Shown here: in pieces, positions 37,495-47,462 of the stretch
Layout of the letters: each line of letters starts with the position of its first letter
Numbering within the stretch: the first letter of the stretch is position 1
IMG/VR virus record: IMGVR_UViG_3300042924_004713
Span: 1 to 64,000 of that record
Length of the DNA stretch: 64,000 nt
From: a virus
Direction: 5' to 3' (one strand)
Program-made: the position numbers and the translations under genes
The notes under the pieces: model-generated
What the model was told of the DNA's origin: nothing
Database searches by the model: none
What the model saw: only the letters and a program-made list of their open reading frames with translations

Positions 37495-40161
37495 ATGAGT
37501 TATGTTGACGCCCTTTTTGATCGTGACCACGATCGCATACATGTAGTAGAACGCAGAAACGGCGAACGCCGTTATCAAGAATATCCTGCCAACTATGTTT
37601 TCTATTATGATGATCCTCGCGGTAAGTTTCAGAGCATATATGGAACTCCCGTGTCTAGATTCTCTACACGGAGTAACAAGGAGTTTCGTAAGGAACTGCG
37701 TATTCAAAGTGGAAAACAATGTTATGAGTCGGACATCAATCCGGTATTTCGTTGTCTAGAGGACAACTACAAAGGCCAGGATGCACCCAAACTCAACGCA
37801 GCATTTTTTGACATTGAAGTAGACTTTGATCCTGAACGTGGTTACAGCAGACCCGACGATCCTTTCAACGCAATCACAGCCATCTCGGTATATCTTGGTT
37901 GGTTGGATCAACTAGTGACCATGGCAGTGCCACCGCGCAGTGTGAGCATGGAGACTGCACAGGATCTTGTGAAAGATTTCCCCAACACTTTTTTGTTTGG
38001 CACAGAAGCAGAGATGTTGGCTATGTTTTTGGATCTCATAGACGATGCTGACGTGCTGTCGGGTTGGAACTCAGAAGGCTATGATATTCCCTACACAGTT
38101 CAACGTATCACTAGAGTTCTCAGCAAAGATGACACACGCAAATTCTGTTTATGGGGACAGTTTCCAAAACAACGAACGTTTGAACGCTTTGGTGCAGAAG
38201 CCCTGACATTTGACCTTGTGGGTCGAGTGCATATGGACTATATGCAACTTTATAGGAAATACACTTATGAAGAACGTCACAGCTACAGCCTTGATTCAAT
38301 CCTTGAATACGAAGAACTTGAGGGCAAGACCAAATACGAAGGTACGTTGGATCAACTCTACAATCAAGACTTCCGCAAGTTCATCGAGTATAACAGACAA
38401 GACGTTAATGGACTGGCCTCGCTCGACAAAAAGCTCAAGTTCTTGGATCTAGCCAACACACTAGCACATGAAAACACAGTGCTGCTGCCTACCACAATGG
38501 GTGCAGTGGCTGTGACAGAACAGGCTATTATTAACGAAGCCCACGAACGTGGTATGGTTGTGCCCAACAGACAGGAGAGACACAGTGATGACGACACACA
38601 AGCGGCAGGTGCCTATGTTGCTTATCCCAAAAAAGGGCTCCACGAATGGATTGGCTCCATTGACATCAACAGCCTCTATCCCTCAGCGATCCGCGCTCTT
38701 AACATGGCACCGGAGACCATTGTTGGCCAACTCCGGCCGCACATGACCAATCGGTATATACAAGAAAGGCAACAGCAAGGCATGAGCTTTGCTGCTTCAT
38801 GGGAAGGATTGTTTGGCACACTAGAATATACCGCTGTTATGGAACAACAGCGGGGCACTGAAATCATTATTGATTGGCAATCAGGCGAAGAGTCAGTTCA
38901 CAGTGCAGCAGAAGTATGGCGCATGATTTTTGACAGTCGTCAACCTTGGATGCTCAGTGCCAATGGTACTATTTTTACTTACGAACGCGAAGGCGTGGTT
39001 CCTGGCTTGCTGAAACGTTGGTATGCTGAACGTAAGGACATGCAGAAAAAAGCCAGAGAATACGAAGGAGTAGATGATGCACAATTTGAATACTGGGACA
39101 AACGCCAACTCGTCAAGAAGATTAATCTTAATAGTTTGTATGGCGCTATTCTTAACCCCGGTTGTAGGTTTTTTGATAAGCGCATTGGTCAGTCTACTAC
39201 TCTTACTGGACGGGCGATTGCGAAGCACATGGACGCACACGTCAACGAATGCCTCACAGGACGATACGACCACGTCGGAGAAACCATAATCTATGGCGAC
39301 ACAGACTCATGTTACTTTTCTGCTTGGCCTGTGCTCAAGAAAGAAGTAGAGTCTGGGCGAATGGAATGGAACAGCGATATCTGTATTCAACTCTACAATG
39401 GCATTGCAGATCAAGTCAACGAAAGCTTCCCTGCTTTCATGGAAACAGCTTTTCATGTGCCAAGAGAAATGGGTTCAGTGATACGCGGCGGGCGTGAACT
39501 TGTGGCCACCAAGGGTCTGTTTATCACCAAGAAACGCTATGCTGTGATGTACATAGACAAAGAAAACAAACGTGTTGACATCAACGGCAAGCCGGGCAAG
39601 GTCAAGGCCATGGGGCTTGATCTCAAACGTTCAGACACTCCCAAGGTAATTCAAGACTTCTTGAGTGAAGTTCTCAATGATGTGCTACAAGGCGCCAATC
39701 GTGAACAGATAGTGGAAAAGATACGTCAGTTTAAATTTGATTTTAAAGAGCGCCCAGGTTGGGAAAAAGGTTCACCCAAGCGTGTGAACAACTTGACCAA
39801 GTTTGTGAAAGCCGAAGAACGCGAAGGTAGAGCCAATATGCCAGGACATGTACGTGCTGCCATGAACTGGAATGTTATGCGTAAAATGATGGGCGATAAC
39901 TATTCAATGCAGATCATGGATGGCGCCAAGGTAATTGTTTGTAAACTCAAAAACAATCCATTGAACTGGACATCAATTGCCTATCCCACAGATGAGCTGC
40001 ACTTGCCTCAATGGTTTAGAGAACTGCCATTCGATGACAATGGCATGGAATCAACTGTGATTGATGGCAAAGTAGATAATCTACTGGGTGTGTTGGACTG
40101 GGATCTGGAAGGCTCAACCAATACTACCAACACTTTTCAAAGTCTATTTGATTTTTCATGA
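37495..40161 (+). CDS. Family B DNA polymerase (T4 gp43-like)
   Basis: FDIE, GWNSEGYD, YNRQD exonuclease motifs; DINSLYPS, KINLNSLYG, YGDTDS, KKRY. Confidence 0.97.
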   Translation: MSYVDALFDRDHDRIHVVERRNGERRYQEYPANYVFYYDDPRGKFQSIYGTPVSRFSTRSNKEFRKELRIQSGKQCYESDINPVFRCLEDNYKGQDAPKLNAAFFDIEVDFDPERGYSRPDDPFNAITAISVYLGWLDQLVTMAVPPRSVSMETAQDLVKDFPNTFLFGTEAEMLAMFLDLIDDADVLSGWNSEGYDIPYTVQRITRVLSKDDTRKFCLWGQFPKQRTFERFGAEALTFDLVGRVHMDYMQLYRKYTYEERHSYSLDSILEYEELEGKTKYEGTLDQLYNQDFRKFIEYNRQDVNGLASLDKKLKFLDLANTLAHENTVLLPTTMGAVAVTEQAIINEAHERGMVVPNRQERHSDDDTQAAGAYVAYPKKGLHEWIGSIDINSLYPSAIRALNMAPETIVGQLRPHMTNRYIQERQQQGMSFAASWEGLFGTLEYTAVMEQQRGTEIIIDWQSGEESVHSAAEVWRMIFDSRQPWMLSANGTIFTYEREGVVPGLLKRWYAERKDMQKKAREYEGVDDAQFEYWDKRQLVKKINLNSLYGAILNPGCRFFDKRIGQSTTLTGRAIAKHMDAHVNECLTGRYDHVGETIIYGDTDSCYFSAWPVLKKEVESGRMEWNSDICIQLYNGIADQVNESFPAFMETAFHVPREMGSVIRGGRELVATKGLFITKKRYAVMYIDKENKRVDINGKPGKVKAMGLDLKRSDTPKVIQDFLSEVLNDVLQGANREQIVEKIRQFKFDFKERPGWEKGSPKRVNNLTKFVKAEEREGRANMPGHVRAAMNWNVMRKMMGDNYSMQIMDGAKVIVCKLKNNPLNWTSIAYPTDELHLPQWFRELPFDDNGMESTVIDGKVDNLLGVLDWDLEGSTNTTNTFQSLFDFS

Positions 40162-41102
40162 AACTAAGTGATTTGGTTCACTACAGAAACATACTACTGG
40201 CCAATCGCAGCCAGGAATGGCGCTGGCCTTTGCAAAACTATCTTGATCTGCAACAACGCAGTATGAGACAAAATGTTGATACCCGTAATAAGTTTGAAAC
40301 ACAATTGGAACACAACATTGGTCAAGTGGCCACGGCACTGGGAAATCTAGAAGACTGTATCACTGACATCATTGCCAATGTAAACAAGATGATATCAGAA
40401 ATAGAACCACAGTACTTTGCTAAAAGCTACAATTGGTATCAACAAGAATCCAGTTTTGAAACAGTGGATTACATATTGAATCGTAGACTACGGGTGCCTG
40501 CGGAAGACTTTGAACCTTTGCAATATCGTGTTAAAAATCTTACCGACTGGCGTTATCCATTGCTGTGCATACGCCCCGGACGTGAAGATCATATACGCTG
40601 GTTGGTGCCAGCGCATCCGTTGTATATTGCAGATACCGAACATGAACTGTTAAAACCTGCCATTGAACTGTTCAATCCTAAATATCAAAGACATCTACGT
40701 CCTTATAAGATTCGCGAGGATCACAGTCAGATGTTTGACTTTATTCCAGACGAACAGTTGGGGTTGATCTATTCCTATTACTTTTTTAATTTTAGACCGT
40801 TTGAAGTAATCAAACGATATCTGTCTGAACTGTATCACAAACTCAGACCAGGTGGATCAATCATCTTTACCTTTAACAACTGCGACTACTCAGGCGGTGT
40901 GCGTTTAACTGAAAATCAGTTTTGTTGTTACACTCCTGGTAAGATGTTGCAACGCTTGGTTGAAAGTCTGGGTTTTATCCACATGGAAACCTGCAACACC
41001 GACAACGGACTATACTGGATGCACCTACAACGTCCGGGCAATCTTGAAACTTTACGTGCTGGGCAGAACCTTGCAAAAATCATTCCTAAAACAGTTGAAT
41101 GA
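40158..41102 (+). CDS. Coiled-coil plus degenerate methyltransferase-like domain
   Basis: LYHKLRPGGSIIFTF; motif I degenerate. Confidence 0.5.
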   Translation: MKLSDLVHYRNILLANRSQEWRWPLQNYLDLQQRSMRQNVDTRNKFETQLEHNIGQVATALGNLEDCITDIIANVNKMISEIEPQYFAKSYNWYQQESSFETVDYILNRRLRVPAEDFEPLQYRVKNLTDWRYPLLCIRPGREDHIRWLVPAHPLYIADTEHELLKPAIELFNPKYQRHLRPYKIREDHSQMFDFIPDEQLGLIYSYYFFNFRPFEVIKRYLSELYHKLRPGGSIIFTFNNCDYSGGVRLTENQFCCYTPGKMLQRLVESLGFIHMETCNTDNGLYWMHLQRPGNLETLRAGQNLAKIIPKTVE

Positions 41103-41140
41103 TCTAAATATCTCTGTTATCATATACAAAAGGAGAACAC

Positions 41141-41863
41141 ATGAGAGACCAATTACTTGATCTAGTTGAACACACCTATGACCTTGGCTGCATTGATCTA
41201 ATCAAGATCGATGGCACGGACAAAGAAACCACAATTTTTGGCTACGCCGAAAACAAAAACGTAGTACTAGAAGGCAAATTTCATACACCAGTGGCCGAAT
41301 TCATTGGACACTTTGGTATGCCCAATCTCAGCAAGTTGAAAATTCTGCTGAACTTGCCTGAGTATCGAGAAAACGCCAAGCTCAGTATCACCAAGAAAAC
41401 CAACGGTGATCCTGATGGCGTATACTTTGAAAATCAAACAGGTGACTTTCACAACACCTATAGATTCATGTCAGCTGACATCGTGAGTCAACAAGTGAAA
41501 GATGTCAAGTTCAAAGGAGTGAACTGGGACGTGGAGTTTGAACCCACTGTGGCGTCAATTCAAAGACTTCGCATGCAGGCACAGGCCAACTCAGATGAAC
41601 CTTTGTTGCAGGTACAGGTTGACAAACAGAATCTCAAGTTCTTGTTTGGTGATCACAGCACACATGCTGGCAACTTTGTGTTTCATGCAGGAGTATCCGG
41701 TGTTCTAAAACGTCCATGGGCATATCCAGTGGCAGTGGTACAATCAATTTTGAATCTCAATGGTGACAAGAAAGTTCGTTTTTCAGATGGTGGAGCTGCT
41801 GAAATCGTGGTTGATTCTGGATTGGCTACCTACAGCTACATTATGCCCGCACATCAGAAATGA
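41141..41863 (+). CDS. Probable DNA polymerase sliding clamp (gp45-like)
   Basis: 240 aa, close to the polymerase, FGMPNLSKL pattern, terminal YSYIMPA strand. Confidence 0.55.
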   Translation: MRDQLLDLVEHTYDLGCIDLIKIDGTDKETTIFGYAENKNVVLEGKFHTPVAEFIGHFGMPNLSKLKILLNLPEYRENAKLSITKKTNGDPDGVYFENQTGDFHNTYRFMSADIVSQQVKDVKFKGVNWDVEFEPTVASIQRLRMQAQANSDEPLLQVQVDKQNLKFLFGDHSTHAGNFVFHAGVSGVLKRPWAYPVAVVQSILNLNGDKKVRFSDGGAAEIVVDSGLATYSYIMPAHQK

Positions 41864-42228
41864 TAAAAACTATTTCGTCTTCTAGCGCCTTTGTTCAAGT
41901 CACTGGTGGTTTTCCATCAAGCGGACCATACCTACAGACTCCCGCAGTGGCAGGACCTCCTCCTGCTGTTGGAGCTGTGAAATTTGATTCTGCCTCACAA
42001 AACCTACAGGTATGGGATGGCTTCAACTGGTTGAATATGTACACTAGTCATGCCATGGTTGGTTTAAACCCAGCCGCTGAAGACGCAATTAAGTGGGCTC
42101 AACAAAAACAAAAAGAAGAACAAGAACTTGAAGAACTTATGCAACGATCTCCTGCGCTGCGTGATGCCTATGAAAAATTCCAAATAGTAAAGACACTAGC
42201 CACTAATGAAAACAGACAACCAGCATGA
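41860..42228 (+). CDS. Hypothetical phage protein
   Basis: ORF; C-terminal PALRDAYEKF helix. Confidence 0.65.
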   Translation: MIKTISSSSAFVQVTGGFPSSGPYLQTPAVAGPPPAVGAVKFDSASQNLQVWDGFNWLNMYTSHAMVGLNPAAEDAIKWAQQKQKEEQELEELMQRSPALRDAYEKFQIVKTLATNENRQPA

Positions 42229-43744
42229 TCTAACTGCTGCACAAAACGACTATGCTGTGTTTCTTCCAGCAGTGAGTAGTTTTTACAGTACCTATATAGG
42301 ACGTCAACGCTATGAACAGTATGTAGAAGCCACACGCATGCCTGCAGGCATTCCTGACATGGAAATGATGAACTTCTTTAATGATCAAAAGGCATTGTTT
42401 CCTTATCGTTGGGCACTGTATTCTGCAGGACATGCCAATCTGGATCTTACCAAACCAGATCCACGTGAAGACATGATGCGTAATCGAGGTAGTCACACAA
42501 CTCTACTCTGTGACTCTGGTGGATTTCAGATTGCCAAGGGTGTATGGGAGGGAGACTGGCGAGATCCTAAATGTCCGCGAGCTCAAAAGAAACGCGAAGC
42601 AGCACTGAAGTGGCTTGATGGCATGGCTGACTATGGCATGACCTTGGATATTCCCACATGGACTGCCAATGTACCTGGCGCTACAGAAAAAACAGGCATT
42701 AGAGACTACAACGATGCTGTTGCGGCTACACACTATAACAATGAATATTTCATTAAACATCGTCGTGGTGTTGCAGAAGGTGGCACACGTTTCTTGAACG
42801 TTTTGCAAGGAGCCAATCATACCGAAGCAGACGCATGGTATGATCTAATGAAACAGTATTGTGATCCCAAAAAATATCCTGGGCGCCATTTCAACGGCTG
42901 GGGCATGGGAGGACAAAACATGTGTGATGTGCATCTGGTTCTCAAAAGAATAATCACATTGATACATGACGGCTTGTTAGAAAAGGGTGTACATGACTGG
43001 ATGCACTTTTTAGGTACCTCCAAACTTGAGTGGGCAGTATTGCTTACAATCATACAACGCTCAGTACGGCGATACCACAACTCCGACTTCACCATTTCAT
43101 TTGACTGTGCTAGTCCATTTTTGGCCACAGCCAATGGACAACTATATCACACCATTACCACAAAAGATCGAGATAAATGGAGTTATCAAATGAGTCCCAC
43201 AGCAGACAACAAAAAGTTTGCCACTGACTCTAGATCATTCCGTGATGCTGTGATGCAAGAAGGTATTCATCCTGCGTTTGAAGATTCTCCAATATCTGCT
43301 AGACTAAAAATATCCGACGTGTGTGTATACAAGCCTGGCGACCTAAACAAAATTGGCAAGGAAGGACGCACATCATGGGATAGTTTCAGTTATGCCTTGC
43401 TCATGGGACACAATGTGTGGATGCATATCGAAGCCGTACAACGTGCCAACCGAGAGTTTGACACAGGAACATCTCCAGACATGCTGGTGCATCCTCTCAA
43501 TTCAGACTATGATGTGGCAAAAATTATTGATCAAATATTTGCCGCACGTGATCGACAACGCAGTCTACAGATCATAGATGATCATGCTCGTGTGTGGGAA
43601 CGAGTGATTGGGACTCGCGGTTTCACTGGTAAACGAGCAGTCAATGCCAACTCAATGTTCAACAGTCTGTTTGAAACAGTTGAAGACATCGAAACCACAG
43701 ATGAATTGGATCAGGCCAAACTGGATGCATTGGAAGCTGAGTAA
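42206..43744 (+). CDS. dpdA: TGT-fold transglycosylase, DpdA-like (7-deazaguanine insertion)
   Basis: DSGGFQ, MTLDIP, VLQG, GMGG, HFLG, SFD motifs; located with replication and folE/queD/queE genes. Confidence 0.8.
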   Translation: MKTDNQHDLTAAQNDYAVFLPAVSSFYSTYIGRQRYEQYVEATRMPAGIPDMEMMNFFNDQKALFPYRWALYSAGHANLDLTKPDPREDMMRNRGSHTTLLCDSGGFQIAKGVWEGDWRDPKCPRAQKKREAALKWLDGMADYGMTLDIPTWTANVPGATEKTGIRDYNDAVAATHYNNEYFIKHRRGVAEGGTRFLNVLQGANHTEADAWYDLMKQYCDPKKYPGRHFNGWGMGGQNMCDVHLVLKRIITLIHDGLLEKGVHDWMHFLGTSKLEWAVLLTIIQRSVRRYHNSDFTISFDCASPFLATANGQLYHTITTKDRDKWSYQMSPTADNKKFATDSRSFRDAVMQEGIHPAFEDSPISARLKISDVCVYKPGDLNKIGKEGRTSWDSFSYALLMGHNVWMHIEAVQRANREFDTGTSPDMLVHPLNSDYDVAKIIDQIFAARDRQRSLQIIDDHARVWERVIGTRGFTGKRAVNANSMFNSLFETVEDIETTDELDQAKLDALEAE

Positions 43745-43751
43745 ACTGAGT

Positions 43752-43780
43752 TTGACATAATTTGTGTTGTGTTATAAAAT
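43752..43780 (+). promoter_or_regulatory. Sigma70-like promoter
   Basis: TTGACA-17 nt-TAAAAT. Confidence 0.75.
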
Positions 43781-43810
43781 TGCAATAGATTATTTGTGAC
43801 AGGAAAAAGA

Positions 43811-44020
43811 ATGTACCAAGATCAAATACGCCAACTAGAAGTTCAACATCGAGACCTAGACAACAAGATTGACACACTGGAAAAAACCGGCATCTATGAA
43901 GACCTGCGTTTGCAAGAGCTCAAAAAACGCAGACTCATGGTACGAGATCAACTCAGTGAACTAAGACGCAGACAGTTTGAACACGATCACGAACGAGTTA
44001 ATTACGACGATTATGAATAG
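43811..44020 (+). CDS. DUF465/YdcH-like small coiled-coil protein
   Basis: LEVQHRDLDNKI...LQELKKRRLMVRDQL. Confidence 0.7.
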   Translation: MYQDQIRQLEVQHRDLDNKIDTLEKTGIYEDLRLQELKKRRLMVRDQLSELRRRQFEHDHERVNYDDYE

Positions 44021-44543
44021 ATTAGGACATCACAACGCCAACTTCTTTATTGGTAATGAAGTTGAGCATACACCCGCACACGGCAAGCGAACTCTGTTTG
44101 TGGTTGGGTATCAACCCGTGGAAGATATACAGGCAGTGTTAGATGAACACAACAGTTGGACAGACCCTGCTCTACATATCAAGCATATCTTTTTTGGTGC
44201 CAATGACAGCTATCATCCATTGACCAACCCAGATATCGTGGGCTGGGAAAACATCATACACAGTTTTTTGATGCGAGGATACTGGTGTAGTCTTGACATT
44301 CCTTTCAAGTACGTGGCTGAATTCAACGAAAGTGGGCTGTGCGAACACAATCGCTTTATTCCTATAATCAAGGTTCCTGTGCCTTATATCAGATTGTGGA
44401 ACTATAATACCTGTGTGAAAATTGATGACAAAGATTTCGCTGATACCAATCCAGGTGTCTGGGTACACAGACTGCATGACCTCATGCACACAGATTGCTT
44501 TACTGATTGGAGCATGTACAACGACGACAAGGTGACAACATGA
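44013..44543 (+). CDS. Hypothetical phage protein
   Basis: ORF between dpdA-like and dpdL-like genes. Confidence 0.7.
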   Translation: MNRLGHHNANFFIGNEVEHTPAHGKRTLFVVGYQPVEDIQAVLDEHNSWTDPALHIKHIFFGANDSYHPLTNPDIVGWENIIHSFLMRGYWCSLDIPFKYVAEFNESGLCEHNRFIPIIKVPVPYIRLWNYNTCVKIDDKDFADTNPGVWVHRLHDLMHTDCFTDWSMYNDDKVTT

Positions 44544-44851
44544 AATGGTTTGATCAATGGTTTATACGTAAATCTAAATGGGCCTGGGAAAACAAACATT
44601 TGGTGCGTGATGCATACGAAAGCGAGGGTAAATTGGTGAGTTCACAAGCAGTGGAAACTGACCTACATGACTTTAACGATGGTTTGAGAATAGCTGTGAA
44701 AAAAGTTATAGGTGGGTCTGTGGTTACATTCAAAACCTACGATAGAAAAATTGATCGTAGCACAGACAGAACCTATATAATCACTAACGAACAAGATTTC
44801 AATACCGAACTTGGTAAGATTATTACCATGGAAAGTATGCGTCAACATTAA
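44540..44851 (+). CDS. Hypothetical protein
   Basis: ATGA-coupled ORF. Confidence 0.65.
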   Translation: MKWFDQWFIRKSKWAWENKHLVRDAYESEGKLVSSQAVETDLHDFNDGLRIAVKKVIGGSVVTFKTYDRKIDRSTDRTYIITNEQDFNTELGKIITMESMRQH

Positions 44852-45306
44852 TGCAACAACCTCCAAAAATCCTTTATCGCGTAACCAGTCTCGCTGACAG
44901 ATCGGTTAGAGTTCATCATGTTTTACAGCGTCTGAGTAGGGACCAGGTTGTGCGCATTGACCAGTGGTATATGTGGGGGCAAGGCTTTGTTGCCGAGCAC
45001 ACAGATCTCGCCAGATATACCAAGTTTATTGAATGTGATCCCGAGCTAGGTTACCAGGTAGAAAACGAAGTTGCATCAAACTTTCAGTGGGAAGGACCAG
45101 ACTGGAATGAAAAAGCTCAACATCGCATGCAAAAAGATCTTGCCAAAGGTGGAGTACAAAGAATAGTGGAACAACAAAGCAGTTGGAAGCTGCTTGAAAC
45201 AAAAATATGGATCAATGCACCGTTTAGAGTTGACGAAGTTGACTTTTTAAACAATAATATAGTACTCAAGATTGATGTACCTTACAAAGGACAGATTAGA
45301 GCATGA
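44851..45306 (+). CDS. Hypothetical protein
   Basis: TAATG-coupled ORF. Confidence 0.6.
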   Translation: MQQPPKILYRVTSLADRSVRVHHVLQRLSRDQVVRIDQWYMWGQGFVAEHTDLARYTKFIECDPELGYQVENEVASNFQWEGPDWNEKAQHRMQKDLAKGGVQRIVEQQSSWKLLETKIWINAPFRVDEVDFLNNNIVLKIDVPYKGQIRA

Positions 45307-45788
45307 ACTCACAAGAATACATTGACGTTTTAGAATCACACCTACAGGCCTCATTGGACACTAGGAATCGTATTGTGCAACAGGCCAAAAGACAGATTTG
45401 GGTTACGTTCCGCAAAGAAGGCATTCACAAGTATCCAGCGGCTGCTACTGATCCTAATCTAGCCACAGGAGATGCATATGACGTTTCGTTTTTGGCCAAT
45501 GCACATCGCCATATATTTCATTTTAGGGTGTCAATCGACGTATGGCACAATGACCGTGATATCGAGTTCATCCAATTCAAACGATGGCTGGAATCACTGT
45601 ATTCAGGGCAAGAAAATTGTTTGCGATTGGACTACAAAAGCTGCGAAATGATCGCAGATGACTTATACAATCAGATTGCTCAACGTTACCCAGATCGAGA
45701 TATCTGTATTGAAGTAAGTGAAGATGGTGAAAACGGTTGCTGTGTTTACTACAACACACATCAACCTTCTATGAAAGTAAAAATCTAA
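45303..45788 (+). CDS. T-fold QueD paralogue, DpdL-like
   Basis: EGIH, LANAHRHIF (LxxxHRHxF), IEF, SCEMIA, VSEDGENG. Confidence 0.65.
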   Translation: MNSQEYIDVLESHLQASLDTRNRIVQQAKRQIWVTFRKEGIHKYPAAATDPNLATGDAYDVSFLANAHRHIFHFRVSIDVWHNDRDIEFIQFKRWLESLYSGQENCLRLDYKSCEMIADDLYNQIAQRYPDRDICIEVSEDGENGCCVYYNTHQPSMKVKI

Positions 45789-45797
45789 AGGACTACT

Positions 45798-45989
45798 ATG
45801 CCTAATCTAAATAAACTAAACAAGGTTAATGAAACAGTATCAATCTATCGCTATGACAACGGTTGGATGGTTGAAGTTGGTGGCCGTGATGACGACGATG
45901 AGTGGGTAACTGCTAAAGTGATTTGCAACACAGAAGTAGAAGTACTTGATTTAATTAAACAATACAATACACTACCATTGGTGAACTAA
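45798..45989 (+). CDS. Small hypothetical protein
   Basis: ORF with SD. Confidence 0.6.
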   Translation: MPNLNKLNKVNETVSIYRYDNGWMVEVGGRDDDDEWVTAKVICNTEVEVLDLIKQYNTLPLVN

Positions 45990-45999
45990 GGAGATTGAA

Positions 46000-46218
46000 A
46001 TGGCCAAGCCTGTAATCAAGCCAAACCCTCGTGTAACTCAAGTGTTTGATGACCTCGAACGTTATCTTGAATTCTGTCAAGAGTTTGGTTACCGTTACAA
46101 TGAAGCAGAACTTTACAACTGGAAGAGCTATGCTTATCAACAGTTTATGAAGTTCTCTCAAGGCAAACCAGTAAAAGACATGTGGTTTCAAGACCAGCGT
46201 AGGCCTGGGAGACCATAA
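46000..46218 (+). CDS. Small hypothetical protein
   Basis: SD AAGGAG. Confidence 0.65.
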   Translation: MAKPVIKPNPRVTQVFDDLERYLEFCQEFGYRYNEAELYNWKSYAYQQFMKFSQGKPVKDMWFQDQRRPGRP

Positions 46219-46220
46219 TA

Positions 46221-47423
46221 ATGAAAAAACTTTACTACATGGGGCTTGAAAGTTATCAAGCTCGTTACACTCTACAACTAACTGAATGGAATCGACGTGT
46301 GTTTGAACGTCGTGGGTTAGATGTGGTATATGTTCCAGGCACTGCTATAGACAACTCACAGGCCATATCTGTGGGACAGGTTCTAGACGCACATGGTAGA
46401 AGTTACTTTGGCATGAGCCAAATGATGAATCTCGTGCAAATGCATAAGAACGGAGAGATTAGGCATGATGATGTTATCTACTTTGAGGACATGTTTCAAC
46501 CCGGTATCGAGAGCCTACCTTACATATTTGATCAGGTCCCTCGTGATCAGCGTCCCCGTGTTTTTGTTAGGTGTCTTGCTCAGTCCATTGATCCTGATGA
46601 CTTTGTTCATGTATGGGGTCTTGAAAAGTGGATGGCGCATTACGAACGCATGGTCAATGAGTTCGCTACCGGAATTCTCGCCACAAATGAGGAGATGGTT
46701 GCTCATATGCGTATTGCTGGATGGCGTGCTCCTATCTATAATATTTCTGGCCTAGCATTTGGCAAACAAGAAGTGCTGGAACGCATTGGTGGTTCTGACA
46801 ACATCACTCCATTCAACCAACGTCCCATGAGAGTGGGCTTTGCTGCTCGATTTGATCAAGAAAAGCAGCCAGGCTTTTACATGGACTTGATTGATATGTG
46901 GAACAACCAAGCTGATTTCCCAGTGGAGTTTTGCTTGTTCTCTGGTGGGCCACTGCGTTCGAACAATCCAGAGTATATCGCTCGAGCTCGTGATCTTGAA
47001 GCACAAGGTCTCCTGACCATTCATGAGAATCTAACCAAGAATGATTACTATGATCTGCTCAATAACACGCGAGTTCTTTTCAATTGCGCACTACAAGATT
47101 GGGTGTCAAACACTGTTAGTGAAGCTGATACCCTGGGTTGCAATGTATTATACCCTGCTTATCGTAGCTTCCCAGAAACTTTTGCAAATGATCCCAACCG
47201 TCTTTATGTTCCTTGGAGCATTGATGATGCATTCCACAAGCTGGAGAATCTACTGAAAGCACCACATCACAACATGGGCTTGATTTCAGATTGGAACGAT
47301 GGCACAGTGGATCGTGTGGTCGATATCATACTAGGACATGGTGAACAATGGAATCGCAGCGGCAATCGCTACAGAGATCATTTGCCCGGTGACAAATATC
47401 ATGTTAGAAAAATAGGTGAGTAA
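46221..47423 (+). CDS. GT-B-fold glycosyltransferase
   Basis: FAARFDQEKQP, ALQDWVSNTVSEA, LYPAYRSFPE. Confidence 0.8.
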   Translation: MKKLYYMGLESYQARYTLQLTEWNRRVFERRGLDVVYVPGTAIDNSQAISVGQVLDAHGRSYFGMSQMMNLVQMHKNGEIRHDDVIYFEDMFQPGIESLPYIFDQVPRDQRPRVFVRCLAQSIDPDDFVHVWGLEKWMAHYERMVNEFATGILATNEEMVAHMRIAGWRAPIYNISGLAFGKQEVLERIGGSDNITPFNQRPMRVGFAARFDQEKQPGFYMDLIDMWNNQADFPVEFCLFSGGPLRSNNPEYIARARDLEAQGLLTIHENLTKNDYYDLLNNTRVLFNCALQDWVSNTVSEADTLGCNVLYPAYRSFPETFANDPNRLYVPWSIDDAFHKLENLLKAPHHNMGLISDWNDGTVDRVVDIILGHGEQWNRSGNRYRDHLPGDKYHVRKIGE

Positions 47424-47462
47424 CTTGCTGGCTAAATACTGGCTCTACTCAATAACTCCCCC

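Noticed and set aside
37495-40161. Intron or intein in the DNA polymerase
   Set aside because: Single 888-aa ORF with all motifs at normal spacing; no intein termini or homing endonuclease motifs seen
42206-43744. Ordinary tRNA-guanine transglycosylase (tgt) for queuosine
   Set aside because: Lacks the C-terminal CxCxxC zinc site of bacterial Tgt and sits beside replication genes; DpdA-like fits better, though not proven
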